From the NCBI GenBank assembly GCA_041659405.1, contig JBAZYK010000001.1:120001-152000 (forward strand): a DNA stretch of 32,000 bases, written 5' to 3'. The notes under the pieces are model-generated. The model was not told the DNA's origin, did not search any database, and was given only the letters and a program-made list of their open reading frames with translations. The position numbers were made by a program, and so were the translations under genes. Shown here one piece after another: positions 1 to 7,996 of the stretch; positions within the stretch are counted from its first letter, which is position 1, and every line of letters begins with the position of its first letter. Source of the stretch: Candidatus Altimarinota bacterium (GTDB taxonomy: Bacteria > Patescibacteriota > Gracilibacteria > UBA1369).

Positions 1-1959
1 AGTCAGGGACAAATTATTGGCGAAGTTGATCCAAATACCGGAAAAGTTATTTTGAAGGATAACCGCTATCATTTGGAAGTTTTGCCTGCAGAAAGGCCTC
101 TTTTGCCAACTCGTATTGTTACCAAAGAAACAGCCACCGGCCTAATTATCAATACGATGCTGCTGATTCCGGATGCGAATACAGATACCACAATCGATAA
201 ACCGGATCTGGTTTATAACTCCACCGGTGTTGGCATATTCAATGGTGTTCATGCCAAAGATGGAAATACTTTTGATGAGTTTGAATATAATAAAATTCCT
301 TCCGATGATGCCAATTATCCGGGTGGAATTGAAATCACAGAAACAACAACCAAAAAACGGGCCGCGATTTTGGATACCGGTGGAAATTTCTATGTGCTGG
401 ATAGCCGCTTAAGCCTGCGCTTAAAAGACACTACTTCTTTGGAAGATCCGCTGGTGATTGAAATTGTTTTGAATAAAGATTCCGCAAGTACGGTTATCGG
501 CGAGTTCTATGTTGCCGTACACAGCACTAAGGGTTTGCAAATGCTGCCAAAGGCCAAGTTCCAATCTTATGTGGACCAGGCCAATAGCCGTGGACCTTTG
601 TATGACAGCGACAATGACGGCATGCCGGATCAATGGGAACTTATTTATGGCTTAAGTCCAAAAGATCCTACCGATGCCGGCAAAGATAACGACAACGATG
701 GTCTGACCAATCTGGAAGAATATCGCGCAAGCACTTCTCCACTTAATCCGGATACAAACGGTGATGGCATTTCTGATGGTGATGAATTGAAATATGGCCG
801 TGCTCCTGGCAAAAAACTGGTTCTGCCTTACAGCGATATTGCGCAAAATCATCCTTACTATGAAAGTATTTTCAAGTTGTGGATTCGTCGCATTTTTGAA
901 GGAATTCCGGGCTGGGGAAAGCAGTTGTTTGAACCTGATTCTTATCTTACACGTGCCGAATATGCGGACTTAATGTTGAAGATTTTCTGTATTATTCCGC
1001 GTAAGGAAGCCTATGACGGCCCTTCACCTTTTAATGATGTACCGTATGTAAAAGGCCAATTGCCATGGTATTACGCCATTATCAAAGAAGCTTTTTTCCA
1101 GGGTTTTGTTACAGGTTATCTTAAAGATGCTAAACAAATTCCTTACAAACCAAATGGCACTATTTCACGCGCGGAAGCGGTTAAAGTGATTTTGGAAGCT
1201 CTACAAAAACAGGGAGTGATTGAGATGGGCCAGATTCCGGCATTACCCGCTGGAACGCCTTATTATGCGCCTTACATGCAAATTGCCCAGGATTTGACGC
1301 CTTATTTAAAGAAGGCCGGATCTGTTAAAAAGCCATTTATTGTTACTGCGGATGAAGCAGCGCGGCCGGAAGATCCATTAACAAGAGCCGGATTTTTGGC
1401 TATGGCTGACCGCGTTTTGACAACTTCGGATTGTTCGGTACTTGATGATGATCACGATGGCATGCCAAGTCACTGGGAACTATTAAATGGCTTGAACCCA
1501 CACAATGCCAGCGATGCGGCAAAAGATCCGGACCGTGATAACCTAACCAATTTGGAAGAATATAAACACGGAACCGACCCGCATAATCCGGATACGGATG
1601 CTGGTGGCGTTAATGATGGCGATGAGGTCAAGAAAAATGGCACATTCCCGCTTGATCCGGCTGATGATCATTCGCAGCCACTGATTTCCGCGCCTGCCAA
1701 TTTGCCTGATCCACGCAGTGATTTGACCGAAGGGGTCTACATTATTCAGGATCCATGCGCAACTTGTCCTTGTCCTTCGGCAATCGACCACACCGCCGAT
1801 CTGATTGTTGGTGATAAAGTTTTTGGTTTGATTTCCAATAATGACAAACTCAAGCCAATAATTTACAGCAAGAGCAACGAAGTTGAAATTACCGAAATCC
1901 CGCAGCCGGATGCCGCGGCAACGTCACATGTGATTATTGAAAAAGTCGTTCAACAATAA
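1..1959 (+). CDS. Surface/secreted protein with two TSP3-like calcium-binding repeat blocks flanking an SLH-like region; 5' end truncated by the window
   Basis: Frame is open from base 1 (SQGQIIGEVDPNTGKVILKDNRYHLE...), so the track start at 52 (TTG) is probably not the true start. Repeats DSDNDGMPDQWELIYGLSPKDPTDAGKDNDNDGLTNLEEY and DDDHDGMPSHWELLNGLNPHNASDAAKDPDRDNLTNLEEY. SLH-like segment SYLTRAEYADLMLKIF...FNDVP...WYYAIIKEAFFQGFVTGY...YKPNGTISRAEAVKVILEAL. Confidence 0.85.
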   Translation, partial: SQGQIIGEVDPNTGKVILKDNRYHLEVLPAERPLLPTRIVTKETATGLIINTMLLIPDANTDTTIDKPDLVYNSTGVGIFNGVHAKDGNTFDEFEYNKIPSDDANYPGGIEITETTTKKRAAILDTGGNFYVLDSRLSLRLKDTTSLEDPLVIEIVLNKDSASTVIGEFYVAVHSTKGLQMLPKAKFQSYVDQANSRGPLYDSDNDGMPDQWELIYGLSPKDPTDAGKDNDNDGLTNLEEYRASTSPLNPDTNGDGISDGDELKYGRAPGKKLVLPYSDIAQNHPYYESIFKLWIRRIFEGIPGWGKQLFEPDSYLTRAEYADLMLKIFCIIPRKEAYDGPSPFNDVPYVKGQLPWYYAIIKEAFFQGFVTGYLKDAKQIPYKPNGTISRAEAVKVILEALQKQGVIEMGQIPALPAGTPYYAPYMQIAQDLTPYLKKAGSVKKPFIVTADEAARPEDPLTRAGFLAMADRVLTTSDCSVLDDDHDGMPSHWELLNGLNPHNASDAAKDPDRDNLTNLEEYKHGTDPHNPDTDAGGVNDGDEVKKNGTFPLDPADDHSQPLISAPANLPDPRSDLTEGVYIIQDPCATCPCPSAIDHTADLIVGDKVFGLISNNDKLKPIIYSKSNEVEITEIPQPDAAATSHVIIEKVVQQ

Positions 1960-2055
1960 CTATTTATGTCAACGTGGTGTTGTCCTCTGTATGCCCTTTT
2001 TCTGGTATAATATTAAGAAATATTCACTCAACCGAAATAGCTAAAAAATAGGCAT

Positions 2056-2709
2056 ATGCAAACGAATAAAATACAATCCGACTCTTCACAAAACCAAAAG
2101 CTTTCCCTTAAAACCCACGCCCTAATGGTGGTGATGGCCTGCTTGCTGTTTTTGGGAAATTCTTTCGATAACGCGCAAGTGCTAAAAGCTCAAGGTGGAG
2201 CCAGCGTCGACAATTCCATTCCTCTGAATATTTTTAGCAGTTATCAAACCGACACCAATTATCAGTGTGAACCTGCCATGAAAGAGTTTGCTTCAAAGCA
2301 ACTTGAGGATTTTCGTAAGTTTACCGAAACAAATTTTCAAAATAAAAGTTCAACGGCTTCATTGCTTGATAACGCCATTCAAAAATATCGTGAGTTGCGT
2401 AAAGGCTTAATGGCGGCTTATTCCCAGTATTATCCAAACCAGGGGGCCTTTATTTTAAGCATTGCGGCACAGCCGAATTCCTGTTTGAAAATTGTTCAAG
2501 ACACGCTTGGTGATGCCCAGATTCTGTTAAAAACTCATGCAATTACAACTTCCGGAGTTAAAAAATCTTCGGGGCTTTTGGAAAAATATCAATCGATCAA
2601 TGGTCAACTTCAAAATCTTAACCAGCAATTTACAAGTATGAAAGCCCTTTTTGACACTTTCTCGCAAAAATTGCCATGTTACGTCAAGAAAGGTGAATGC
2701 CTTAAATAG
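2056..2709 (+). CDS. Hypothetical exported protein, 217 aa
   Basis: ORF with N-terminal hydrophobic signal/anchor segment (THALMVVMACLLFLGNSF); a few cysteines; no family recognised. Confidence 0.75.
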   Translation: MQTNKIQSDSSQNQKLSLKTHALMVVMACLLFLGNSFDNAQVLKAQGGASVDNSIPLNIFSSYQTDTNYQCEPAMKEFASKQLEDFRKFTETNFQNKSSTASLLDNAIQKYRELRKGLMAAYSQYYPNQGAFILSIAAQPNSCLKIVQDTLGDAQILLKTHAITTSGVKKSSGLLEKYQSINGQLQNLNQQFTSMKALFDTFSQKLPCYVKKGECLK

Positions 2710-2742
2710 CCCGGAACAAGCCTGATTGTTAAAATAAAAACT

Positions 2743-3447
2743 ATGAAAAATCTTATTAAAACTCTACCAATTCGCTTAAAGGTAACCATTGGCCTGATGC
2801 TGATGCTGGTGATTTTTCTGTTGTTCAATGTGGTTAAACTAAGGGCTTTGCAATCTTCATATACTTTTTACGACAATCCGGATCTTTCGATTTCTGATGT
2901 CATGACCGCTTATCATACATACATAAATGATACGGTTAATGGTTACACCAGCACCATGCTGGCGGCTCCGCTTACAGATAAACGCGGTAATCCACCGGAA
3001 AACAGTAATAATTGTCCCGACGATCCGCAGAAAAACTTTAGTACTTATTGTTTAGCTGTTCAGCTTATAGGAGATGATGGCAAGAATTTTAAAGGATTCA
3101 TTAACTACAAAACAGCGCTACAGAATCGCAGAAATCAGTTGGCAGATAAAGATCCGCTAAATCCTTATGTCCAGGGGGCGGTTAACATGGTCGATTCTTT
3201 AACGGCAATCCGTTATTTTGCCATAAGACAGACAAATCTTGACAAGGAAATTGATAATGCAAAGAAAGCCATAGATACAACTTTGGCCACTTATGATGAG
3301 TTGCGAATTCTTTATCCGATGCATAAAGAATATGTAAATATTTTTAATGCTTTGGTGAATTATCGTGACAAACTGGTGGAAGTACGCCATGAAACAGACC
3401 AATTCCCATCACGATTTATTGACGTGACCACCTCTAAATGTACGTAA
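2743..3447 (+). CDS. Hypothetical membrane-anchored protein, 234 aa
   Basis: ORF with N-terminal TM segment (VTIGLMLMLVIFLLFNVV), helical C-terminal region; same strand and close spacing with neighbours. Confidence 0.75.
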   Translation: MKNLIKTLPIRLKVTIGLMLMLVIFLLFNVVKLRALQSSYTFYDNPDLSISDVMTAYHTYINDTVNGYTSTMLAAPLTDKRGNPPENSNNCPDDPQKNFSTYCLAVQLIGDDGKNFKGFINYKTALQNRRNQLADKDPLNPYVQGAVNMVDSLTAIRYFAIRQTNLDKEIDNAKKAIDTTLATYDELRILYPMHKEYVNIFNALVNYRDKLVEVRHETDQFPSRFIDVTTSKCT

Positions 3448-3451
3448 AACT

Positions 3452-5218
3452 ATGAAAAAAATACTCTACATTTTGGGGTTTCTGATGTTCTCGACGGCAT
3501 TGTTGAGCCCGTTTGTAAGTCATAGAGTTTTTGGGGCCGACACTCAAAATCAGGACACTGACTGCAAAAAAGCGGGCAGCTATTCCGAATCGCAAAAGTG
3601 CGTGCCATTTAGCACCGTAAGTATTTTTAATAAACTCAGCATTTTAGATAAAAAATGGGGCGATATTTTTGGAAGCGAAGATCCCACTGTTCTTGGACAA
3701 GGTATGTATAATTTTATTTACAAAGAAGTTGGCGTAAGCCCGGAAGTTAACGCCGCGAAAAATGTTACCGGCAAATATGGCACTACAGAAGCCGAAATGG
3801 CCCAAATCCTTACCGGCAATATTTCATCGATTTTAAAGAAGTATCCTTCATTACCGCAAGAAGTGGCAATGAAAAAAGTGGCGGAAATTCAGCAACAGTT
3901 TCAGGATGAAAAGGATATATTGGCTTTAAAAAACAGTATTGAAGCCACAGTTACTCCAAGTGAAATGTTTACAAATGGAACGACAACAGACTCCGGTTTT
4001 GACCTGGTAGAAGACCTGCGTGACATTGAAACGATTCTATTCTTGAAGTCCGATCCGATTGATGTTGGTGCAAACTGGGTCGGTAATAATGATCCAAATG
4101 CCGGTTATGCTTATAATCCTCCGGGTGGAGGAGGAGCCGGTGGCAATGCAGGCGGTGCCGGTGGTGGCGCAGGCGGTAACGCAGGCGGGGCCGGCGCAGG
4201 TCAGGCAAATAATCAACAAAATGCAAATCAGGTGGCACAGAATAAAGTCCCAAAGACGCCTTCCGCCAATCCGAATATTTGTTTTGGTAATAATAGCCTG
4301 GCTCAAGCCGTGAATTCTTTTGATAAAGCCAATCCCCCTGCTCAAAACCCTGTGTCCGGGAATCAAAAACAGCAAAATGCCGGCGCGGGTTCAAACGAAA
4401 ATTCTGCTTTAACTGCAGGTGGAAGCTTAGATATTTTGCCTATTAATGAGCCACAAACTCCGCCGGTGGTAGCGGCTCCCGCAGGCCAATGGGGTAAAAA
4501 AGATCCGTGTGATGATAAAGTTTTCTGCCTACAGGTGAATTTTGTGATGAAACCGGTTGAACTATTTCAAACACCGGATAACTGCATTGCCTGCCATGTG
4601 GAAAAAATTAATGCAAAATTAAAAGACACAATTGGTCATAGTTTGACTCCGGGTAAAGCTACCGGAAACCTGATGGAACCTGAAATCTGTAAAACGGCGG
4701 CCGCGACCTCGTTTGGAACGTTGGCATTTAATTTTTATGCCGTACCAAAGCCGGTTCAGACTCCAGCCAATGACGATTTAATTTATGGAACAAGCATTGT
4801 TGATGAGTGGAGCAGCTTTGTTGGCACATACAAGCCATTTCCGTTCTATGAAAAAAATCCACCCAAAGCAAGCGATACAAAGGCGGATTTAATTCCTCCT
4901 TCCGAAATTGAGCGTGCCACCAAGTCGGCAATTGCCAATGCAGCTCCAGATGCCACTTTTGAGCAGATCCAAAAGGCGGTAACCGATGAGCTTAACGCCA
5001 ATCAACAACTCAGAAATCAGCAAATTGGCATAGCCGAGCCTTCAACCCAGAGCGATAACGATGTTGGCTTTTATCAGTCAATTCTTCGTCAGTTGGAACA
5101 AATGAATTTTTATTTCGATAATTTTAAAAATATTTTGCACAGTCTTCATGAACCGGTAGACAGTATTCCCGGCCAGCAAGCCTGCACCGAACTAAAAAAT
5201 AAGAAACAGTGTGACTGA
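3452..5218 (+). CDS. Hypothetical exported protein with Gly/Ala-rich linker and Cys-containing C-terminal half, 588 aa
   Basis: Starts 5 bp after the preceding stop; signal-like N-terminus (ILYILGFLMFSTALLSPFVSHRVFGA); GGGGAGGNAGGAGGGAGGNAGGAGAG linker; scattered cysteines. Confidence 0.8.
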   Translation: MKKILYILGFLMFSTALLSPFVSHRVFGADTQNQDTDCKKAGSYSESQKCVPFSTVSIFNKLSILDKKWGDIFGSEDPTVLGQGMYNFIYKEVGVSPEVNAAKNVTGKYGTTEAEMAQILTGNISSILKKYPSLPQEVAMKKVAEIQQQFQDEKDILALKNSIEATVTPSEMFTNGTTTDSGFDLVEDLRDIETILFLKSDPIDVGANWVGNNDPNAGYAYNPPGGGGAGGNAGGAGGGAGGNAGGAGAGQANNQQNANQVAQNKVPKTPSANPNICFGNNSLAQAVNSFDKANPPAQNPVSGNQKQQNAGAGSNENSALTAGGSLDILPINEPQTPPVVAAPAGQWGKKDPCDDKVFCLQVNFVMKPVELFQTPDNCIACHVEKINAKLKDTIGHSLTPGKATGNLMEPEICKTAAATSFGTLAFNFYAVPKPVQTPANDDLIYGTSIVDEWSSFVGTYKPFPFYEKNPPKASDTKADLIPPSEIERATKSAIANAAPDATFEQIQKAVTDELNANQQLRNQQIGIAEPSTQSDNDVGFYQSILRQLEQMNFYFDNFKNILHSLHEPVDSIPGQQACTELKNKKQCD

Positions 5219-5230
5219 GGCGACTGATGA

Positions 5231-5288
5231 GCTCATTGGCCATAGCTGAGTGAGCGCATGCGAACGAAGCTAATATGGCCAATAGAGC
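5231..5288. repeat. Intergenic imperfect inverted repeat / hairpin
   Basis: GCTCATTGGCCATAGCT (5231-5247) pairs with AGCTAATATGGCCAATAGAGC (5268-5288); core ATTGGCCATA/TATGGCCAAT is perfect. Confidence 0.7.
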
Positions 5289-5351
5289 GAAGAAGGAGCC
5301 TCAAAACGGAGAAAAAGGTAAAAAAGAATCCTCAAAAAAACTAAAAAACTT

Positions 5352-6467
5352 ATGAAAAAAACTCAACTTATTATTACCGGCCTGCTGATCTTTACCCTTG
5401 GAATCTCCCAAAATTCCGGGACGAATGGTAGTGCTAATCCAAGCTCAGTAATTTCCGCATTTTCAGAGATGCAAGTTGCCCTGGCCGCTGACCCGAATGC
5501 CGTGGCTCAATTGGGCAATGAACTCATTTGTAAAGGTGGTAGCCGTGACTGGATTGCCTTCCTTTCCGCCGTAATCAGCTATGACGATTTTGTTGAGTAC
5601 TGGCGCGATATTATTGGTATGCCCCCGGCATTTGTTAACAGCCGTTATGCCGCCAACTATTGTCTATTTTTGGATGTTGATAACCTTTTAAACAGGGTCA
5701 AAAAGGCCCGTGAACAGCTGCGTAAAGCCTTTTATGCCTGTGATCCAAACTCAGCCTCATTTAAAAAAACATATTATCGCCTGGAAGCGGAACTTTTCTT
5801 TTTACGAAAATATATTAACGTGAGCAGTGGTACGATAATTCCGGTAAATGAACAAAAAGTTTACGACCAACTAAGCGCATATTATGTTTTAGATAAGAAC
5901 GCATTCACTAAAGATGAAATCAAACTGCTTTTTGATCAATTGAAATCAAAATATGCGGCACGCATGGAAAGTTACATCCAATGTAAAGATCCCGGATGGG
6001 AAGATCTAATGTTAAAAATTAGAGAATTAAGGGATAACGTAAAAGGTGGTTTTGGCATAAAAGAGGCAGCCGAAACCATTAAAAACAGCTTCAATAAAGT
6101 TATCAATACTCCACTAAAAAGATCCGGAAACTTTCTTGGGGGGCTTTTGGATGGCAAAATCAATGGGGTCAGTCCATTACAGGCCTGGGGTGACATTATG
6201 CAGGAAATCAGTAGCAATGCGCCAACCGGTTATTCTTTTGATCGATTACAAACTGCCACAGTTACGGAGCAGTCCAGATATGACAATGCCATTCAAAAAG
6301 CAACCTATTTGGCTCAGTACGAAGCACTTTATAAGAATAGCTCCGCCGAAATTTTCTCCAGTATTATGGACCGTTTGACCAGTCTGGAGGGAATTATTAC
6401 CAAGACCTTCAACTACATGAATCAAACCACCCAGTGCGCAAAGGGCTTGTTGGATAAGGCGTGCTAA
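5352..6467 (+). CDS. Hypothetical exported protein, 371 aa
   Basis: ORF with N-terminal hydrophobic segment (LIITGLLIFTLGIS); helical segment YYRLEAELFFLRKYI; 8 or so cysteines; no family recognised. Confidence 0.75.
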   Translation: MKKTQLIITGLLIFTLGISQNSGTNGSANPSSVISAFSEMQVALAADPNAVAQLGNELICKGGSRDWIAFLSAVISYDDFVEYWRDIIGMPPAFVNSRYAANYCLFLDVDNLLNRVKKAREQLRKAFYACDPNSASFKKTYYRLEAELFFLRKYINVSSGTIIPVNEQKVYDQLSAYYVLDKNAFTKDEIKLLFDQLKSKYAARMESYIQCKDPGWEDLMLKIRELRDNVKGGFGIKEAAETIKNSFNKVINTPLKRSGNFLGGLLDGKINGVSPLQAWGDIMQEISSNAPTGYSFDRLQTATVTEQSRYDNAIQKATYLAQYEALYKNSSAEIFSSIMDRLTSLEGIITKTFNYMNQTTQCAKGLLDKAC

Positions 6468-6493
6468 CAAGGTGGTAATGGCGTTGCAAGCAA

Positions 6494-6533
6494 AGCTCAG
6501 CTTGCGATAGAAATGAACACTTCGTGCATGGTG
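6494..6533 (+). repeat. Copy A of a short GC-rich dispersed repeat
   Basis: AGCTCAGCTTGCGATAGAAATGAACACTTCGTGCATGGTG; aligns with copies at 6695, 23461, 26482 and 27904. Confidence 0.65.
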
Positions 6534-6537
6534 ACAT

Positions 6538-6570
6538 AAAAAAAACCCCTAATGACATAGGAGTTTTTTT
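6538..6570 (+). terminator. Rho-independent terminator-like hairpin after the exported-protein cluster
   Basis: AAAAACCCCTA atgaca TAGGAGTTTTTTT, one mismatch in the stem, followed by a T-run. Confidence 0.75.
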
Positions 6571-6694
6571 AAGGCTTTCTAGGGCTTATAGTTAAAGTTC
6601 TTTCTGCAGCTTAGCGCTTTTACAAGCGTTTTCCCAATCGGGCTTCCGAAAAATGATTCGGTTGTCCCTTCCTCCCGGGCCATTTTTGGAGAGG

Positions 6695-6741
6695 AGCTTG
6701 CTCCGCTCGCGGTAGAAGTAAGCACTTCGCGCGTGGAGGAT
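6695..6741 (+). repeat. Copy B of the short GC-rich dispersed repeat
   Basis: AGCTTGCTCCGCTCGCGGTAGAAGTAAGCACTTCGCGCGTGGAGGAT. Confidence 0.65.
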
Positions 6742-6824
6742 GGTTTAAGCTACATAGTCCCAGGGCGGTGGCCCAGACGACGGGACGCGCTCATGCGCAC
6801 TTGCCAATTCAGTTTTGGCAGGGC

Positions 6825-7013
6825 TCAGTGGAGCACATACGAGAGAATTGTTCCTTTGAACTTTTCTCTCCATGTTATGTTTTCACTGGTTTGTGGGGAT
6901 TTTTTTATTCCGGTCAATGTTCCGATAATTTCACTGTTATCAGTTCTGCAATACATGCAGCGTTCACATTTAGTGGAAATAGATATCCCGCAATTGAGAC
7001 AATTAAAGATCAT
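6825..7013 (-). CDS. Possible small zinc-ribbon-like protein, 62 aa
   Basis: MIFNCLNCGISISTKCERCMYCRTDN... has a CxxC-x(n)-CxxCxxC pattern; same strand as and downstream of the HTH gene; overlapped by spurious-looking plus-strand ORFs. Confidence 0.3.
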   Translation of the reverse strand: MIFNCLNCGISISTKCERCMYCRTDNSEIIGTLTGIKKSPQTSENITWREKFKGTILSYVLH

Positions 7014-7071
7014 TCTTTAAGTTGGTTTGATTTTGTATGTAAATGAAGATGTTTTTCAATTTGTAGTACCC

Positions 7072-7539
7072 CTATTCAAGGACGTAGTGGTCCAGTTCGA
7101 ACATTTTATCTGCTGGATCAAGCCGTTTTTTGGGTACAACATTACCGTCAGGATTCTTTGGGGAATCTGACTTTTTTGATTTGCCGGATGGGAATTCAGG
7201 TAACATCAGCTCTTTTGGATTTAAGGCCGGTGCTGCTTTTATTACTACATTTTCGTGTTGTTCGATATTTGGACTTTTTAAAGCATCTTCTTTCGTCTCT
7301 ACTACGAGGTCGAGTGAAACTTGAGAAGTTTCTTTGGGAGTCAAACTCTTTCTGGACTTTGCTACAGACGTCTCCGCCTGCTCATCCAGAAAGCGACTAA
7401 CATCGCTTTCACGGATCCGATATACCCTTCCCAACTTACTGGCCTTCAATTTACCTTGTTTTATAAATTTTAAGACAGTGAAGGGGTGCATTTGCAACTT
7501 CTGGGCAACCTGATCTGGAGTAAGAATATTTTCTTCCAT
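7072..7539 (-). CDS. Excisionase-type (MerR-like) helix-turn-helix DNA-binding protein, 155 aa
   Basis: N-terminal ILTPDQVAQKLQMHPFTVLKFIKQGKLKASKLGRVYRIRESDVSRFLDEQ matches the excisionase-family HTH pattern. Confidence 0.85.
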   Translation of the reverse strand: MEENILTPDQVAQKLQMHPFTVLKFIKQGKLKASKLGRVYRIRESDVSRFLDEQAETSVAKSRKSLTPKETSQVSLDLVVETKEDALKSPNIEQHENVVIKAAPALNPKELMLPEFPSGKSKKSDSPKNPDGNVVPKKRLDPADKMFELDHYVLE

Positions 7540-7830
7540 CTAGCTCAACTTTAATTAGTAATAAGTCATTGGGGCTTGATTTAAAAGTTTTTAAACCTTT
7601 TAACCAATCCAAGACAATCTAACTAAAGTTTAACATTATTTTAATGAACAGACAATGATATAAACCTTTGTTTATTTATCTGGGATACTTATATCACAAA
7701 CAACATAACTATTCAAGATTTTTAGCAAGTTAATTTAAGTCTAGGCCATTCTATTAAACTTTATTAAACAGTTTATCAACGAGTTTTGAACACCTTATGT
7801 ACATTGCTTTGATTAAATTCTATTATATTT

Positions 7831-7870
7831 TAGGCAATTCTATTAAACTCTAGGCAATTCTATTAAATCT
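7831..7870. repeat. Tandem pair of a 20-bp AT-rich repeat, with a third copy at 7742-7761
   Basis: TAGGCAATTCTATTAAACTC / TAGGCAATTCTATTAAATCT, plus TAGGCCATTCTATTAAACTT at 7742. Confidence 0.8.
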
Positions 7871-7900
7871 AATAGGGGTTGGTTTGAATCAATTTAAATA

Positions 7901-7937
7901 TAAAAAAGCCAAACTCCGTTTAAAAGAGTTTGGCTAA
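7901..7937 (-). terminator. Rho-independent terminator for uvrA (minus strand)
   Basis: Minus strand reads AGCCAAACTC-ttttaaacg-GAGTTTGGCTTTTTTA; perfect 10-bp stem plus T-run, 60 bp past the uvrA stop. Confidence 0.85.
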
Positions 7938-7996
7938 ATTTTGTATAAAATAACCCTTCCAGGGTTGAACTATATTATGGCTAATCTTAAGGAAGA

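Noticed and set aside
3969-4394. Antisense ORFs of 141 and 112 aa (3969-4394, 4037-4375)
   Set aside because: They lie opposite the Gly/Ala-rich linker, where biased codons suppress stops on the other strand; the translations look non-protein-like.
4580-4610. CIACH (CxxCH) motif in the 588-aa exported protein, resembling a c-type heme site
   Set aside because: Only one motif in a long protein with other scattered cysteines, and no surrounding cytochrome c pattern. Not enough to call a cytochrome.
6733-7046. Plus-strand ORFs 6733-7020 and 6768-7046
   Set aside because: Two overlapping frames with improbable compositions, no family, and conflict with each other. Probably chance.
7742-7870. 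20-bp repeats considered as a CRISPR array or replication-origin iterons
   Set aside because: Only three copies, two of them directly adjacent without spacers, and no cas genes. No clear DnaA boxes (TTATCCACA) or initiator gene nearby.
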